DNA of 64,000 nucleotides from Antedon mediterranea. Lineage: Eukaryota > Animalia > Echinodermata. The position numbers were made by a program, and so were the translations under genes. The stretch spans positions 30,926,388-30,990,387 of the forward strand of contig NC_092670.1 of assembly GCF_964355755.1 (NCBI RefSeq). Direction: 5' to 3'. The notes under the pieces were generated by a model. It was not told where the DNA came from. It made no database searches and was given only the letters and a program-made list of their open reading frames with translations. Below are positions 25,601 to 40,600 of this stretch, piece after piece; positions within the stretch are counted from its first letter, which is position 1; each line of letters begins with the position of its first letter.

Positions 25601-28600
25601 TTCCTGTGGATTGTTTGGTCCAAGATCAATGACACTATCACAAGCTAAAATAGAAATACAATTTTAGTTGAAACAAACAAAAATATTTATTATTTAGTTA
25701 AAAAGATAATTTAATATCTTTTGTATTTGTAGGGAAATACTTTAGTGCACGTCAGGGATGATTTGATTTTTTTTAATTCCTCAAAAAAAAAAGGAAACAT
25801 GAGGATTGGATTGAGGAAAATATTGGGTAAAAGACAGAAAGAAGAGATCAAAGAAACATGGAATGACTAATATTCAATAATAAAAGGGAGAACATATTTT
25901 TAGATTATTTGCAAGAATAAACTTACAATATTGTGTTGTTAATTTCTTAAATTCTGTTGTCTCCGGTGCAGCTGTTGTTCCTGGTGCCATTGTTGTCTTC
26001 CAATTATATGGTGGTGTGACCTTTTTAGTGGTCTGAAGTTTGGTAGTAAAAACACTTGGCTGACCAGTTGTTGTATGACTTGGACCACCAGGTGTGGTCA
26101 TTGGTTTAGTCAGCATAGGTGTAGTGTACACGCTTGGAATACCAGAAGTGGTCTGACTGGGTGGACCAGATGTGGTTGAAAAAACTACAGTAGTTTGTCC
26201 TTTATAAGGAAATAAGAAAACATGAAATGTTTATGATTAACAATACTAAAGCTGTAAATATGGAAAATTAAGTTTTAATGACCTAAAAATATATAAATTA
26301 ATACTAAAATAATAATTGGTTTAAAGGAATGGTTGAAAATAACTAAACGTTAAAGTAGTGAAACATTATTTATATAAGAGGAGACTGAACTGGACTATTT
26401 TTGTTGTTTGTTATATTGATTTATATAAGATCTTTATCTTATTATTATATTATTGAGTCTAAAAGCAGTAATATTATTAATAATAATATATCTTAATTAT
26501 GGTCTATTTTATATTCATTGTTAATTTCAAACATTCAGTTAGAAAAATTACTGACTCACAGTGGCCTAGGTTGCTTTTGTTTTTCCTAACCTGTTGATAT
26601 TGGTTTTTTTGTTTGGTCAAATAAAATAAAAGAAATGTTGGTTGGACAATTCATACATTAGTTTTTGGAATTAGTTCTAACCTTCCTTATCACATCCAAG
26701 TGGTTGCATTCTGAGTCTCACTTCAAATAGTTCATTAACTGGTTGAATGATGATACTTGATGTAAGCACTGATTCTGTTAACTGTACAAGTTGAACAGTA
26801 CTATCATCTGAGTTTCCAGGGTAATACTATAAAGAACAACACATAAAGCAAAACATTTAGGCCTGTATTCTTGAAAAGGGACTAACTTTAGTTCTGGACT
26901 AAGGACAGTCCTGAACTATCTTAGATCCCGTATTCTTTAAACCTGGACCAACTGGTTATGGACTAAACAATGAAAATGATTGTCTTTTGAGGTTTGAGAT
27001 TTTACAGGGGTTCTAAAATTAAGTTAAGAGTGTACTCAGACTAACCAATCACATGAGACCTTTGATATGTAATATAAAAAAAACATACAAAACCAATAAT
27101 GGTTCAAGAATTTACAAGATTTGTATTATTTAAGTGAATAAAGTAATAACAGGAAAATGAAAATGATACTTATTTTTTGGTTTAAACAAAAAACCTGGTA
27201 CCTTAAATAAAATACAAAGTTAAACCTACTGTACCTGCAGACCCTCAGGAGGTGGTACTTTCAAGGCGTCGCCTTGCTCATCGACGTACACAACTTCAAA
27301 TTTCTCAACAAATGCATTTGAAGATGGTCCACCACCCTGTATAAGGATAGCTGTTACGTAAGATTCTGTAGCCAATTGTGCAACAATGAAAGGGACATCT
27401 GTTGGAGTCCATCCATAAACATTGTTAACATCTGGTGTGCCATCAAGATATGCTTCTGGATTGATGGTCTGGAATGGTAGGGCTTCTTGGCAAACTGAAT
27501 AAGTAAATTAGTAATGATTAAGTATTACAGTTATAGTCACATTAAATAGCAATTGCAATAAAATACATATTTTAAAATGTTATAACTGTAGATTTCAAAC
27601 TTATTCATAATTCATCTCAGCTTTGCAAACAGCAACGTTCCTTACAGTGAGGCATATTATATTTCCATGGATATAGAAAAAACATTTTAAACTAAAAAGG
27701 TATGAAGTAAAAATATAAACAGAAATACAGAATTTCAACATTTAATTAATATATGAAAAATGTTACATACCTTGTGGTGGTGCAGTTGTTGGACCTGAAA
27801 TTTAAATAAAATAAATTAGACCATGTATTTTTTTATGTTGTGGAACCTAAGGTAATTGCAATAGATAATGGCAACTAGGTAGGAACTACATAACCTTTTG
27901 TCTTCATCATATTATTTCATTGAATCAAAGGTATACATTTCCTTTTTAAAGTAGTTGTAGACATTTGATTTAAACATAAAAGATTTCAGTAAAGAGTGAA
28001 TGTCTAAAAACAATGAGAAAATGTTGTTTTACCTGAACATCCAAGTAGCTGTACTCTAAGCCGTATAACATGTTCAATGTTGATAATTCGAATCATGATC
28101 ACTGATGCATACACTGGACTCGGTAAGGATACAGTGACAGGTGTGATACCATCCGTGTTGCCAGTAAATAACTAATAAAATATAGAATAAATAGTTAAGA
28201 CAATTTGCTATAAGTAATATAAAGAATTATAGGCAATAAGTACTACTGTACTACCAATTATGTTTGCATCAGAGAGGTATGTTAATTGGTCAGATGTTTT
28301 GCCATACTCTAACCCAATTGTTTTGGAAACTCAGTACATTAAGAATACTAAAGTAATTACAAGCTTAGTGGTCTGGAGGTTATCTGAGCATCCAGTAAAA
28401 AATGTTTGTTGCTCAACATAATAATTTGATAAACTGAATTTAGGAATTACCCCAAACAGTTTACAATAACAAAATTGATATCTTCCTTTGCAAGCATCTT
28501 ATTAAATTAACCTTTAATTCTTGTGTAGCAATGGCTAATTTTGCTTTCTTTGTTAGAGTAGAATGCATGTATTTCTCACACAATCACATCTGTTATGTTT

Positions 28601-31600
28601 ATTAACATTGCAATCAATAGTGCGTAAAGTCAACTACTGCATTTACCCCAGGAATAGTATGAAGTGCCCCTGGTGCATCTGGTGTACTGTACATCATGGT
28701 GAACCTTTCTACAAAGGCAATAGAGTTGGCTCCTCCTCCCATCAATATTATAGCAGTTACAGTCTCAGGAGATGCAAGTTCTAGTGAAACTAGTGTGTCT
28801 CCATTTACAGGTGTCCATCCATATAAGCCTGACTGGTCTGGAGAACTATCAATTAACAGCTTCGGATCTGTATCAGCGGATAACTCTAATGGCTTGTCAC
28901 ATACACCTATATATTGCACAAATATGAGTAATTTAGAGCTTCATTTTATTTTTTTCTTTTACTTTTATTAGCTTAAAGGAAGTTAGCTGTATATATATAT
29001 ATATAATAGTCCCTGTGCAATGTTACCCAGGGTGCAGACCTTATGTTGTTAAATATCATATATTGATATCAATTGTTTTGATTAATACTATCTATTTAGA
29101 TAAATTTTTGTAATGAATCAAATTAGTGAATAGTAGGCAAAGTACAACAAGTAAAACCACAAACTTTAAAAAATTAATATAAACAATAATTTACTTGGAG
29201 TGACTGATGTTACTGGTACATGTGGTGTTGCATTTGGAGTTGTTGGTTTCCTAGAGGTCACTACTGGACTTCTGGAAGTTGTTCCTTCTGCTGGTGTAGT
29301 TACCTCTGGTTGTGCTGGAGTTGTACCTATAAATGTTGAACAATTTAAATTAATTTTGTAACATCTTTTAACTTTACAATAGAAAAAAAAAAATGAGTAT
29401 AAATAAATGCACCATGTTATATAGCTTTACACTGATGATGGGAAGTGCTTCTCGAAACATATATGCATGTATTTTATTTTGTTAAAATAAAAGATGAAAT
29501 TAAAACAGCTCAAACGAGTTGTTTATCAAGTAAAACAAATAAGTAAAATAAATTACCTTCATGTTCACAGCCAAGAACTTGAAGCCTTAGCCTGACATCG
29601 TTATTGTTTATATTTAAAATTCGAATTGTCAGCGAGGTTGCCACAACAGGTGTTGACAAAATGACGGTTTTAACAGTAGAATCATCATCATTACCAGGGT
29701 AACTCTAAAATAATAGAATGAAAAAATATATTAAGAAAACTAAAGTTGCCTGTGTTAAGCATCCACCTCGCAATAAAGTCCTTTTGCACTATTTCCTACA
29801 TTATATTAGTGAATACTAATATGCCGATTTTAACTCTTGATAATGAATACTCTTCATCCTATGACTGCAATCCACTGCTGAATGTAACCCTTCTAAAAAA
29901 ATTGCATTTTAACTTATCAAGTATGCTTATCGTTAATCTTTTAAAGAAAAAAAAAATTACCGATTGTCCTTCTGGTGGGCTGACTTGTAAAGCTTCTCCA
30001 GGCTTTGATGGCGAAACATACATAACTAAGAAATTCTCCACAAAAGCATTAGTTCCATCTCCTCCTCCCAAAATATTTAAACCCGTCACAATCATTGGTT
30101 CCAAAAGGTCAACTTTCAAGAGGTTGAAACCTGCACTTGCTGGAGCCCAACCATAAACACCTTCTGCATCTGGTGAACTTTCAAATGGCAACATGGAGTC
30201 TTCTGGCAAATCGAGCGGAAGGATTTCCTGGCAGACATCTAATGGAGCAAACAGTTTGTAGCATCATTTTTAATTTTGGTGAAAGCTCAACAGTTACAAA
30301 TTATTCATTACATTTTACTTGCTATAAAACCAGAAAATCAAAATACTTACGTGGTGTGGTTGAGCCTACAGGTTTTGCTGTGCTTGGGGCACCTGCTATG
30401 GTGGTTGGAATCTCTGGTGGTCCTGTGGTACTAAGAGCTGCACCTGTAGTCCCAGAAGCTGGTCCTGTTGTACCAAGAGCTGGTCCTGTAGTACTAGAAG
30501 CAGCTGGTCTTGTAGTACTAGGTGCAGCTGGTCCTGTTGTACTTTTAATAGGTTCAATCGTGGCAGGTCTGATTGTTGTTCCTTAATAAAAATGTATAAC
30601 CAAATTGATTATATCTACTGGTTTTATTAATAACACTACTGTATGTTACAAGACAGTTCACAAGACAGTTTCATTATACCTTTGAGAGGTATTTATTCTG
30701 GAAATAACGTCTTGTGTAGAATTGTGTAGATACTGTATGAAATAGACAGAATAATAAATAACTTACCTTCATGTGCACAACCAAGAACCTCAAGTCTTAG
30801 TCTGATGTTAGTATTATCGGTATTGAAAACTCTGAGAGTCAATGATGACGCATACACTGGTTCTGATAACATAACAGTTTTGACAGTTGAAGCATCATCA
30901 TTTCCAGGGTAACTCTAAAACAACAGAAGTAAAATGTGTTCATTAGATTGTGTGTATGTAACACATGAAGAAAGTAAATCATATAATTACATTATTAATC
31001 TATTTTATGAAGCAATGGAATTATAATAATTACCAATTGTCCATCTGGTGGGCTAACTTGTTGGTTTATACCAGGCATCGATGGTGAAACATACATAATA
31101 ACTAAACTCTCTACAAATGCATCAGAATCTGCACCTCCTCCCAAAATATTTAAACCAGTCACAATCATTGGTTCCAAAAGGTCAACTTTCAAGAGGTTTA
31201 CATCACTTGCTGGAGCCCAACCATAAACACCTTCTGCATCTGGTGAGCTATCAAATGGCAGCTTGGAGTCTTCTGGCAAATCGAGTGGAATGATCTCTTT
31301 ACAAACATCTGGAAAAAATATATACAAAATTAAACAGATTTAGATATCAAAGAGTAGATAGAATTGATATAGAATGTGTCTTTTTAAAATGTATTACAAA
31401 GATATATGTTATTCTTTTTTTCTTTAAGAAGAAATATCTAAACTTCCCAGTGAAAATGTTTAAATAAATGATGACAAAGATAAAAGTATACAATTGAAAA
31501 CAAACTGAACCAAGAAGTCAAATATGTCTACGATATAAACCACCATAGAAAGTATATTGAATTGTTTTTAAAATTCACAAAACAGCATTTTTTAATAAAT

Positions 31601-34600
31601 TTTTTGGTTAGGATTTCAGAACTATTATACAGTATTATATAAATATTTAAAAATATTTACGTGGAGTTGTTGGTCCTTCAGTTTGTACTGCACTTGATGT
31701 GGTTCTTGGTACAGATGTTGTTACTAAAGATTTACAAATTATACTCAATAAGTTCAGAGAAAAAAGGTGTCAGTATTGAATAAGTTAGTTAAACATAATA
31801 GAGTATCTATGTACTGTTAACTAGGATTATGAGAAAACATTGAAATGGGAAGTGGGTCATGTTAGGGTGAAAAAGTTTCCTACAAAAAAGCTATAAAAAT
31901 CTTTGTTAATTCATTGAAAAGAAAGTAAAGATTAACTAACCCTCGTGTTCACAACCCAGTACTTGAAGTCTTAGTCTGATGTTTTTATTATCGGTATTGA
32001 AAACTCTGAGAGTCAATGATGACACATACACTGGTTCTGATAACATAACAGTTTTGACAGTTGAAGCATCATCATTTCCAGGGTAACTCTAAAACAACAG
32101 AAGTAAAATGTGTTCATTTGATTGTGTGTATGTAACACATGAAGAAAGTAAATCATATATTTGAATTATTAATCTATTTTATAAAGCAATGGAATTATAA
32201 TAATTACCAATTGTCCATCTGGTGGGCTAACTTGTTGGTTTATTCCAGGCATCGATGGTGAAACATACATAATAACTAAACTCTCTACAAATGCATCAGA
32301 ATCTGCACCTCCTCCCAAAATATTTAAACCAGTCACAATCATGGGTTCCAAAAGGTCAACCTTCAAGAGGCTTACATCACTTGGTGGAGCCCAACCATAA
32401 ACACCTTCTGCATCTGGTGAGCTATCAAATGGCAGCTTGGAGTCTTCTGGCAAATCGAGCGGAATGATCTCTTTACAAACATCTGAAAAAAACCCAAAAT
32501 ATTTGAAGTGAAAATTCACAATAGACAGAATTAGAAACCACTAATGACATTTTTTTTTGTATGTGGTTTCTCTCTGTAAAGTGCTTTGATATTCTGAAAA
32601 GGTGCTTTATAAATAATGAATAATAATAATAGAATCATTTTTTTCAATTTAGTATATTTCTTATTAGTTGTGTTTTAAAATATGACCGGAGATATAGATA
32701 AAAATAACACTTACGTGGAGTTGTTAGTTCTGCCCCAGTAGTCAACTGGATGTGTGGTTGTGTAGTCATAACAGGTCTTATTGTTGTTCCTAAAGAACAC
32801 ATTTTAAAAACTCTTAGAAACTAAACAGACCTCTCTTTTTCTAATTACAACATATTTTGTAATCTAGGCTCAAAGCTTTCTATTTCTATTAGAAACCTGT
32901 TAATTAATCTATTCTTAAAAATTAGTTACACTATTCTATTTAAATATAGAATAAAATAAGAGTGTATTGGTAAAAACAATGTTTGTTGGCTTTTAACAGT
33001 ATAATTAGTAACCTTGCAATATTGTTACATTTTAATGGTTTTTTTTATTATATATATATATATATACAGTATATGTCTTTTTTGTATGTTAAATTTTTGT
33101 GTAGTTTTGCTGTGAATTTGTCAATTTTTGGTCCGTCATTTTAATGTTTCAATGTACTACAATATTTTCAGACAAATATCTGCTTTTTATAAATTCTTTA
33201 TATTATACCTGAATAAATAAATAAATATTGTTTCTGTATGCAGCATATGTATCTATAAAAAAAATCACTTATACAGTACTAATGTTTTTAAGGTTATTGG
33301 AAAGTATATTAAATCAAACAATTTACCTTCATGTGCACAACCAAGAACCTCAAGTCTAAGTCTGATGTTATTATTATCGGTATTTAAAACTCTGAGAGTC
33401 AATGATGACGCATATACAGGTTCTGATAACATAACAGTTTTTACTGTTGAAGCATCATCATTTCCAAGGTAACTCTACAAAAAACAAACTTATTACTATG
33501 TGTTGTGTATGTAAATTTAAAACAATAATGATGAAAGTAATCATATAATATTAATCTGCTATATAAAAGAAAGAAATTATAATAATTACCAATTGTCCTT
33601 CTGGTGGGCTAACTTGTTGGTTTATTCCAGGCATCGATGGTGAAACATACATAATAGCTAAACTCTCCACAAATGCATCAGAATCTGCACCTCCTCCCAA
33701 AATATTTAAACCAGTCACAATCATTGGTTCTAAAAGGTCAACCTTCAAGAGGTTTACATCACTTGCTGGAGCCCAACCATAAACACCTTCTGCATCTGGT
33801 GAGCTATCAAATGACAGCTTGGAGTCTTCTGGCAAATCGAGTGGAATGATCTCTTTACAAACATCTGGAAAAAATATATACAAAAATTAAACAGATTTAG
33901 ATATCAAAGAGTAGATAGAATTGATATAGAATGTATCTTTTTAAAATGTATTACAAAGATATATGTTATTCTTTTTTCTATTTAATAAGAAATATCTAAA
34001 CTTCCCAGTGAAAATGTTTAAATAAATGATGACAAAGATAAAAGTATACAATTGAAAACAGACTGAACCAAGAAGTCAAATATGTCTACGATATAAACCA
34101 CCATAGAAAGTATATTGAATTGTTTTTAAAATTCCCAAAACAGCATTTTTTAATAAATATTTTGGTTAGGATTTCAGAACTATTATACAGTATTATATAA
34201 ATATTTAAAAATATTTACGTGGAGTTGTTGGTCCTTCAGTTTGTACTGCACTTGATGTGGTTCTTGGTACAGATGTTGTTACTAAAGATTTACAAATTAT
34301 ACTCAATAAGTTCAGGGAAAAAGGGTGTCAGTATTGAATAAGTTAGTTAAACATAATAGAGTATCTATGTACTGTTAACTAGGATTATGAGAAAACAGTG
34401 ACATGGGAAGTGGGTCATGTTAGGGTGAAAAAGTTTCCTACAAAAAAGCTATAAAAATCTTTGTTAATTCATTGAAAAGAAAGTAAAGATTAACTAACCC
34501 TCGTGTTCACAACCCAGTACTTGAAGCCTTAGTCTGATGTTTTTATTATCGGTATTGAAAACTCTGAGAGTCAATGATGACGCATACACTGGTTCTGATA

Positions 34601-37600
34601 ACATAACAGTTTTGACAGTTGAAGCATCATCATTTCCAGGGTAACTCTAAAACAACAGAAGTAAAATGTGTTCATTTGATTGTGTGTATGTAACACATGA
34701 AGAAAGTAAATCATATATTTGAATTATTAATCTATTTTATAAAGCAATGGAATTATAATAATTACCAATTGTCCATCTGGTGGGCTAACTTGTTGGTTTA
34801 TTCCAGGCATCGATGGTGAAACATACATAATAACTAAACTCTCTACAAATGCATTATAATCTGCACCTCCTCCCAAAATATTTAAACCAGTCACAATCAT
34901 GGGTTCCAAAAGGTCAACCTTCAAGAGGCTTACATCACTTGGTGGAGCCCAACCATAAACACCTTCTGCATCTGGTGAGCTATCAAATGGCAGCTTGGAG
35001 TCTTCTGGCAAATCGAGCGGAATGATCTCTTTACAAACATCTGGAAAAAAAACAAAATATTTGAAGTGAAAATCCACAATAGACAGAATTAGAAACCACT
35101 AATGACATTTTTTTTTTGCATGTGGTTTCTCTCTGTAAAGTGCTTTGATATTCTGAAAAGGTGCTTTATAAATAATGAATAATAATAATAGAATCATTTT
35201 TTTTAATTTAGTATATTTCTTATTAGTAGTGTTTTAAAATATGACCGGAGATATAGATAAAAATAACACTTACGTGGAGTTGTTAGTTCTGCCCCAGTAG
35301 TCAACTGGATGTGTGGTTGTGTAGTCATAACAGGTCTTATTGTTGTTCCTAAAGAACACATTTTAAAAACTCTTAGAAACTAAACAGACCTCTCTTTTTC
35401 TAATTACAACATATTTTGTAATCTAGGCTCAAAGCTTTCTATTTCTATTAGAAACCTGTTAATTAATCTATTCTTAAAAATTAGTTACACTATTCTATTA
35501 AAATATAGAATAAAATAAAAGAGTGTATTGGTAAAAACAATATTTGTTTGCTTTTAACAGTATAATTAGTAACCTTGCAATATTGTTACATTTTAATGTT
35601 TTTTTTTATTATATATATAGTATATGTCTTTTTTGTATGTTAAATTTTTGTGTAGTTTTGCTGTGAATTTGTCAATTTTTGGTCCGTCATTTTAATGTTT
35701 CATTGTACTACAATATTTTCAGACTAATATCTGCTTTTTGTAAATTCTTTATATTATACCTGAATAAATAAATAAATATTGTTTCTGTATGCAGCATATG
35801 TATCTATAAAAAAGTTCACTTATACAGTACTAATGTTTTTAAGGTTATTGGAAAGTATATTAAATCAAACAATTTACCTTCATGTGCACAACCAAGAACC
35901 TCAAGTCTAAGTCTGATGTTATTATTATCGGTATTTAAAACTCTGAGAGTCAATGATGACGCATATACAGGTTCTGATAACATAACAGTTTTTACTGTTG
36001 AAGCATCATCATTTCCAAGGTAACTCTACAAAAAACAAACTTATTACTATGTGTTGTGTATGTAAATTTAAAACAATAATGATGAAAGTAATCATATAAT
36101 ATTAATCTACTATATAAAAGAAAGAAATTATAATAATTACCAATTGTCCTTCTGGTGGGCTAACTTGTTGGTTTATTCCAGGCATCGATGGTGAAACATA
36201 CATAATAGCTAAACTCTCCACAAATGCATCAGAATCTGCACCTCCTCCCAAAATATTTAAACCAGTCACAATCATTGGTTCTAAAAGGTCAACCTTCAAG
36301 AGGTTTACATCACTTGCTGGAGCCCAACCATAAACACCTTCTGCATCTGGTGAGCTATCAAATGGCAGCTTGGAGTCTTCTGGCAAATCGAGTGGAATGA
36401 TCTCTTTACAAACATCTGGAAAAAACATATATACAAAAATTAAACAGATTTAGATATCAAAGAGTAGATAGAATTGATATAGAATGTGTCTTTTTAAAAT
36501 GTATTACAAAGATATATGTTATTCTTTTTCTATTTAATAAGAAATATCTAAACTTCCCAGTGAAAATGTTTAAATAAATGATGACAAAGATAAAAGTATA
36601 CAATTGAAAACAGACTGAACCAAGAAGTCAAATATGTCTACGATATAAACCACCATAGAAAGTATATTGAATTGTTTTTAAAATTCCCAAAACAGCATTT
36701 TTTAATAAATATTTTGGTTAGGATTTCAGAACTATTATACAGTATTATATAAATATTAAAAAATATTTACATGGAGTTGTTGGTCCTTCAGTTTGTACTG
36801 CACTTGATGTGGTTCTTGGTACAGATGTTGTTACTAAAGATTTACAAATTATACTCAATAAGTTCAGGGAAAAAGGGTGTCAGTATTGAATAAGTTAGTT
36901 AAACAATAGAGTATCTATGTACTGTTAACTAGAATTATGAGAAAACATTGACATGGGAAGATGGTCAAGTTTGGGTGAATCAGTTTCGTTAAAAAAGCGG
37001 TAACTTCAAGAATGCTTATACCCGGGTCAGTCTGGTAAAGCCAATATTATGGGTGTGATTCATTTTCCTCAATCCAACTATTTCAAACAAAATTTTAAAG
37101 TCGAATTTGATTATATTAAGTCTCAATATAGAAATGTATGGTATGAATAAAATCATTACAACAGCTATTCTATTAAAGACACTTTATCTTAATTTTTTTT
37201 TAGGTTTTTTAAAATAATGCATAATTACTTTACAAATATTAAATCAACAGCATTTGTATAACATTCTGTTAAACCATAAGACAAGGTATATGGTTAATAT
37301 GATAAAAAGAGACAAGGACATTCATTCACAAGACCCATATAGTATTCTATAAACATCTTTGTTAATTCATTGAAAAAAAAGTAAAGATTAACCTACCCTC
37401 GTGTTCACAACCCAGTACTTGAAGTCTTAGTCTGATGTCTTTATTATTGGTATTGATAACTCTGATAGTCAATGATGATGCATACACTGGTGTTGACAAA
37501 ATCACTGTTTTTACAGTAGAATCATCATCATTTCCAGGGTAACTCTACAAGAATTAAATTGTTTAATATAATTATTATCAAATTACTGCAAAGTGGCATT

Positions 37601-40600
37601 GGATTACATTTTATTTTCCATCTGACAACAATTAGATGTCTAACTATTTACTAGTTTGTCTACATAAGCAGTATGCTTAATAATAAACATTAATTAGTTA
37701 TACAATAATTACCAATTGTCCTTCTGGTGAGCTAACTTGTTGGTTTATTCCAGGCATTGATGGTGAAACATACATAATAGCTAAACTCTCCACAAATGCA
37801 TCAGAATCTGCACCTCCTCCCAAAATATTTAAACCAGTCACAATCATTGGTTCCAAAAGGTCAACCTTCAAGAGGCTTACATCACTTGGTGGAGCCCAAC
37901 CATAAACACCTTCTGCATCTGGTGAGCTATCAAATGGCAGCTTGGAATCTTCTGGCAAATCAAGAGGTAAGATCTTCTGGCAGACATCTAAGAAAATAAA
38001 ATATGTAGAGTGTATTTAATAGAAAAGACTATATTGAAGTAGTGTATTTAAAAAAAACTGAACTGTCCACAATTATGTTATCATTACTGTAACTTCCATA
38101 AGGATAGTAACATAGCTGGGGACATAGTTGGGGACAGACTATTCAGAACTCACACAGTATGTGTACATGTATGCAAGTCTCGGCCTAGTCTTGTCCGAGT
38201 CTCTAATTATTGTCTTTTCAATGTTGTTAGTGTTAGAGGCAAGCACCACCAGCAGATCATCACATTTTGACAATTTTGTCCAAGTTAATTCCATCTCAAG
38301 TATACATATGAAATGCCATATGTGCAAAAATGATTATATTTTTACCAATAATAAGAAGAATCACTGAACCTAGATTTATCTTAGCCAGACATTCCCTTAA
38401 ATTGTTTGATTAAATAAAAATAAACTACCATAATTAGTTGACATTGTTACTTACGTGGTGTTGTTTGTTGTGGATGTTCGGTACTTGGTGCAGCAGGGAT
38501 TGTGGTTGAGCCAACAGGTCCTGTTGGAGTGACAGTCACAATATGTGGCTGTGTGCTCTGTGGTTGAGCTGTTGTAGTAACTAAAAGATACAACCACATT
38601 TAATATTCAACTGTAAACCTTGATATTACTAAATAAGACATTGCATAAATTAAGTTTGAAAAAAAAGAAAACCTGAATAAAAAAATCAGTTTAGATTATT
38701 GCTTTCTTCTTATGATGCTAAAGTTCATGTAAAAGTTAGTTGTTCCAACAGTAAAATCTTCCAATCATTTACATTTTGAATTTAGGTTTTGGTCACATTT
38801 GCAGAGGATAAGTGTAAACTTGTAACTGTAAACTTGTCAAAGACACTTTGGTTAAACTGTCTACAGAAAGTTAATCACAAAGATAATAATAGAGATATTT
38901 GTATTGACATATGTTTCTAAAACTGTTTAAAAGAGTTCTCATTTTCTTCTTTTTTTTTACGTATTACTATCCAAGTTATTGAAGCCAAATGAACCATTTA
39001 CTTTATATAAACATGAAACATGATGTGACATGGCATGGTTGACAAAACAGGTTGACTTGGCATGATTTTAGTTTAATTCAACTGCAGGATGATTTAAGAA
39101 TATCTTTAGCTGCAGTAACTTACCTCGTTCATAACATCCAAGAACTTGAACTCGTAGACGTGCAAGCCTCTCTTGCAGACCAACGTGAATAATCAACTTT
39201 TCGGTAATGATAACATCAGGTAAAGTCAAGACAGCTACATTTGTGTCATCAACATTTCCTTCAAATAACTTAAATGCAAAGAAAATTAATCTTTAAAATA
39301 ACATTGAAATCTCTGCTTCATAAAATAGAAATTCAACCAATTTTTTTTAAACAATTTTTAAAAATTGCTGAAAAAAAGTTTTAAGTCCATTTGATCATAC
39401 ATTTTTAACCGATTGATCTAAGATCTGCGAATGGGAAGGGCATCTAAGAAAACAGGGAATTATTTTTGTCAAATCATGAATATATAACCAGATACGTCAA
39501 TCAGAATAACTTTAAATTAAAATAAATAGGTTAAATGAGCAAGGGTTGAGTCTATTCGAGTCAGCTGTACGGCAGATATTGTCAAATAATAATTGCATAT
39601 AGTATAGAATTACATTAAAAATAAATAATTTGACAACATAACATAGCTATTACAGCCAAATAGGGAAAAGAGAATTAAGAAAGCAGACCATCTTAAACAG
39701 CACAAAAGATTTGGTCATGTAGTTCAGGATGAGATAATTTTAAAACATTTCAGATGAAATATTATAATTTATATAGAAAAGCAAAAATAATAATAGTAAA
39801 TGTAGAGTACCTTTGGAAGAAAACCACTGTCATCCATTACATAAACCTCTCTGTCACTGCCAATCTCAATGGAAGAAATTTGGAGACGTTCAGAGAACTC
39901 GCCAGTATTAGATCCACCACCAAGAATATTTAGGCCTGTGATTCGAACTGGTTCCGTAAATATTAATTCTACAGAGTTATCTAGAATACTGGGTGACCAG
40001 CCATAAATACCATCGGCATCTGGTGCACTGACAAAATGTAACTTATCTGGTGCATCAAAGGCTAAAGTTTTGCTACAATAGCCTGCAAATAAAACAGATT
40101 TAATTTTTATTATTAATTTAATATAAAAAAAAAATTAATATTACATTAGAATATAGTAGAAAAATAAATTTATTCATTCATTCATCAGTGAAAAATGACA
40201 GATAAATAAAAAACAACATCAACAATATCTTTATATATGTAATAAAAAGGGTGCTTTATTACCTGTTGTAGCAAGTACAGCTGTAGTTGGTATAGGTGTA
40301 GTAAATTGTCCTGAAAAAAAAAGAAAATTAAATGAATACATATCAAATTATGTATTTGTGTTGTTTTATAGTTCTCCATTTCGAAATTGTTTATATCTAG
40401 CAAGCTATCTTCATTGTTTTCTACTCTCTCCACCCTCTATTCACCAGCCTGTCTGTCCTTTGTTTTTATTTCTTTTATTCCAGACCACTCAGGCAGCGTT
40501 TGTCTGCTTTATATTGTCAATTCTCACTTATACTGATGAAGGGCTAGTGTTGCCTGAAAGCACTGCAAATTGTTCTGACTGTTTTACTTTATTGTTTTTA

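Noticed and set aside
26859-26968. GGCCTGTATTC-started fragment (and TGAATACGGCC at about 44964-44974) as Harbinger-like MITE ends
   Set aside because: Only one terminus visible at each site; insufficient support.
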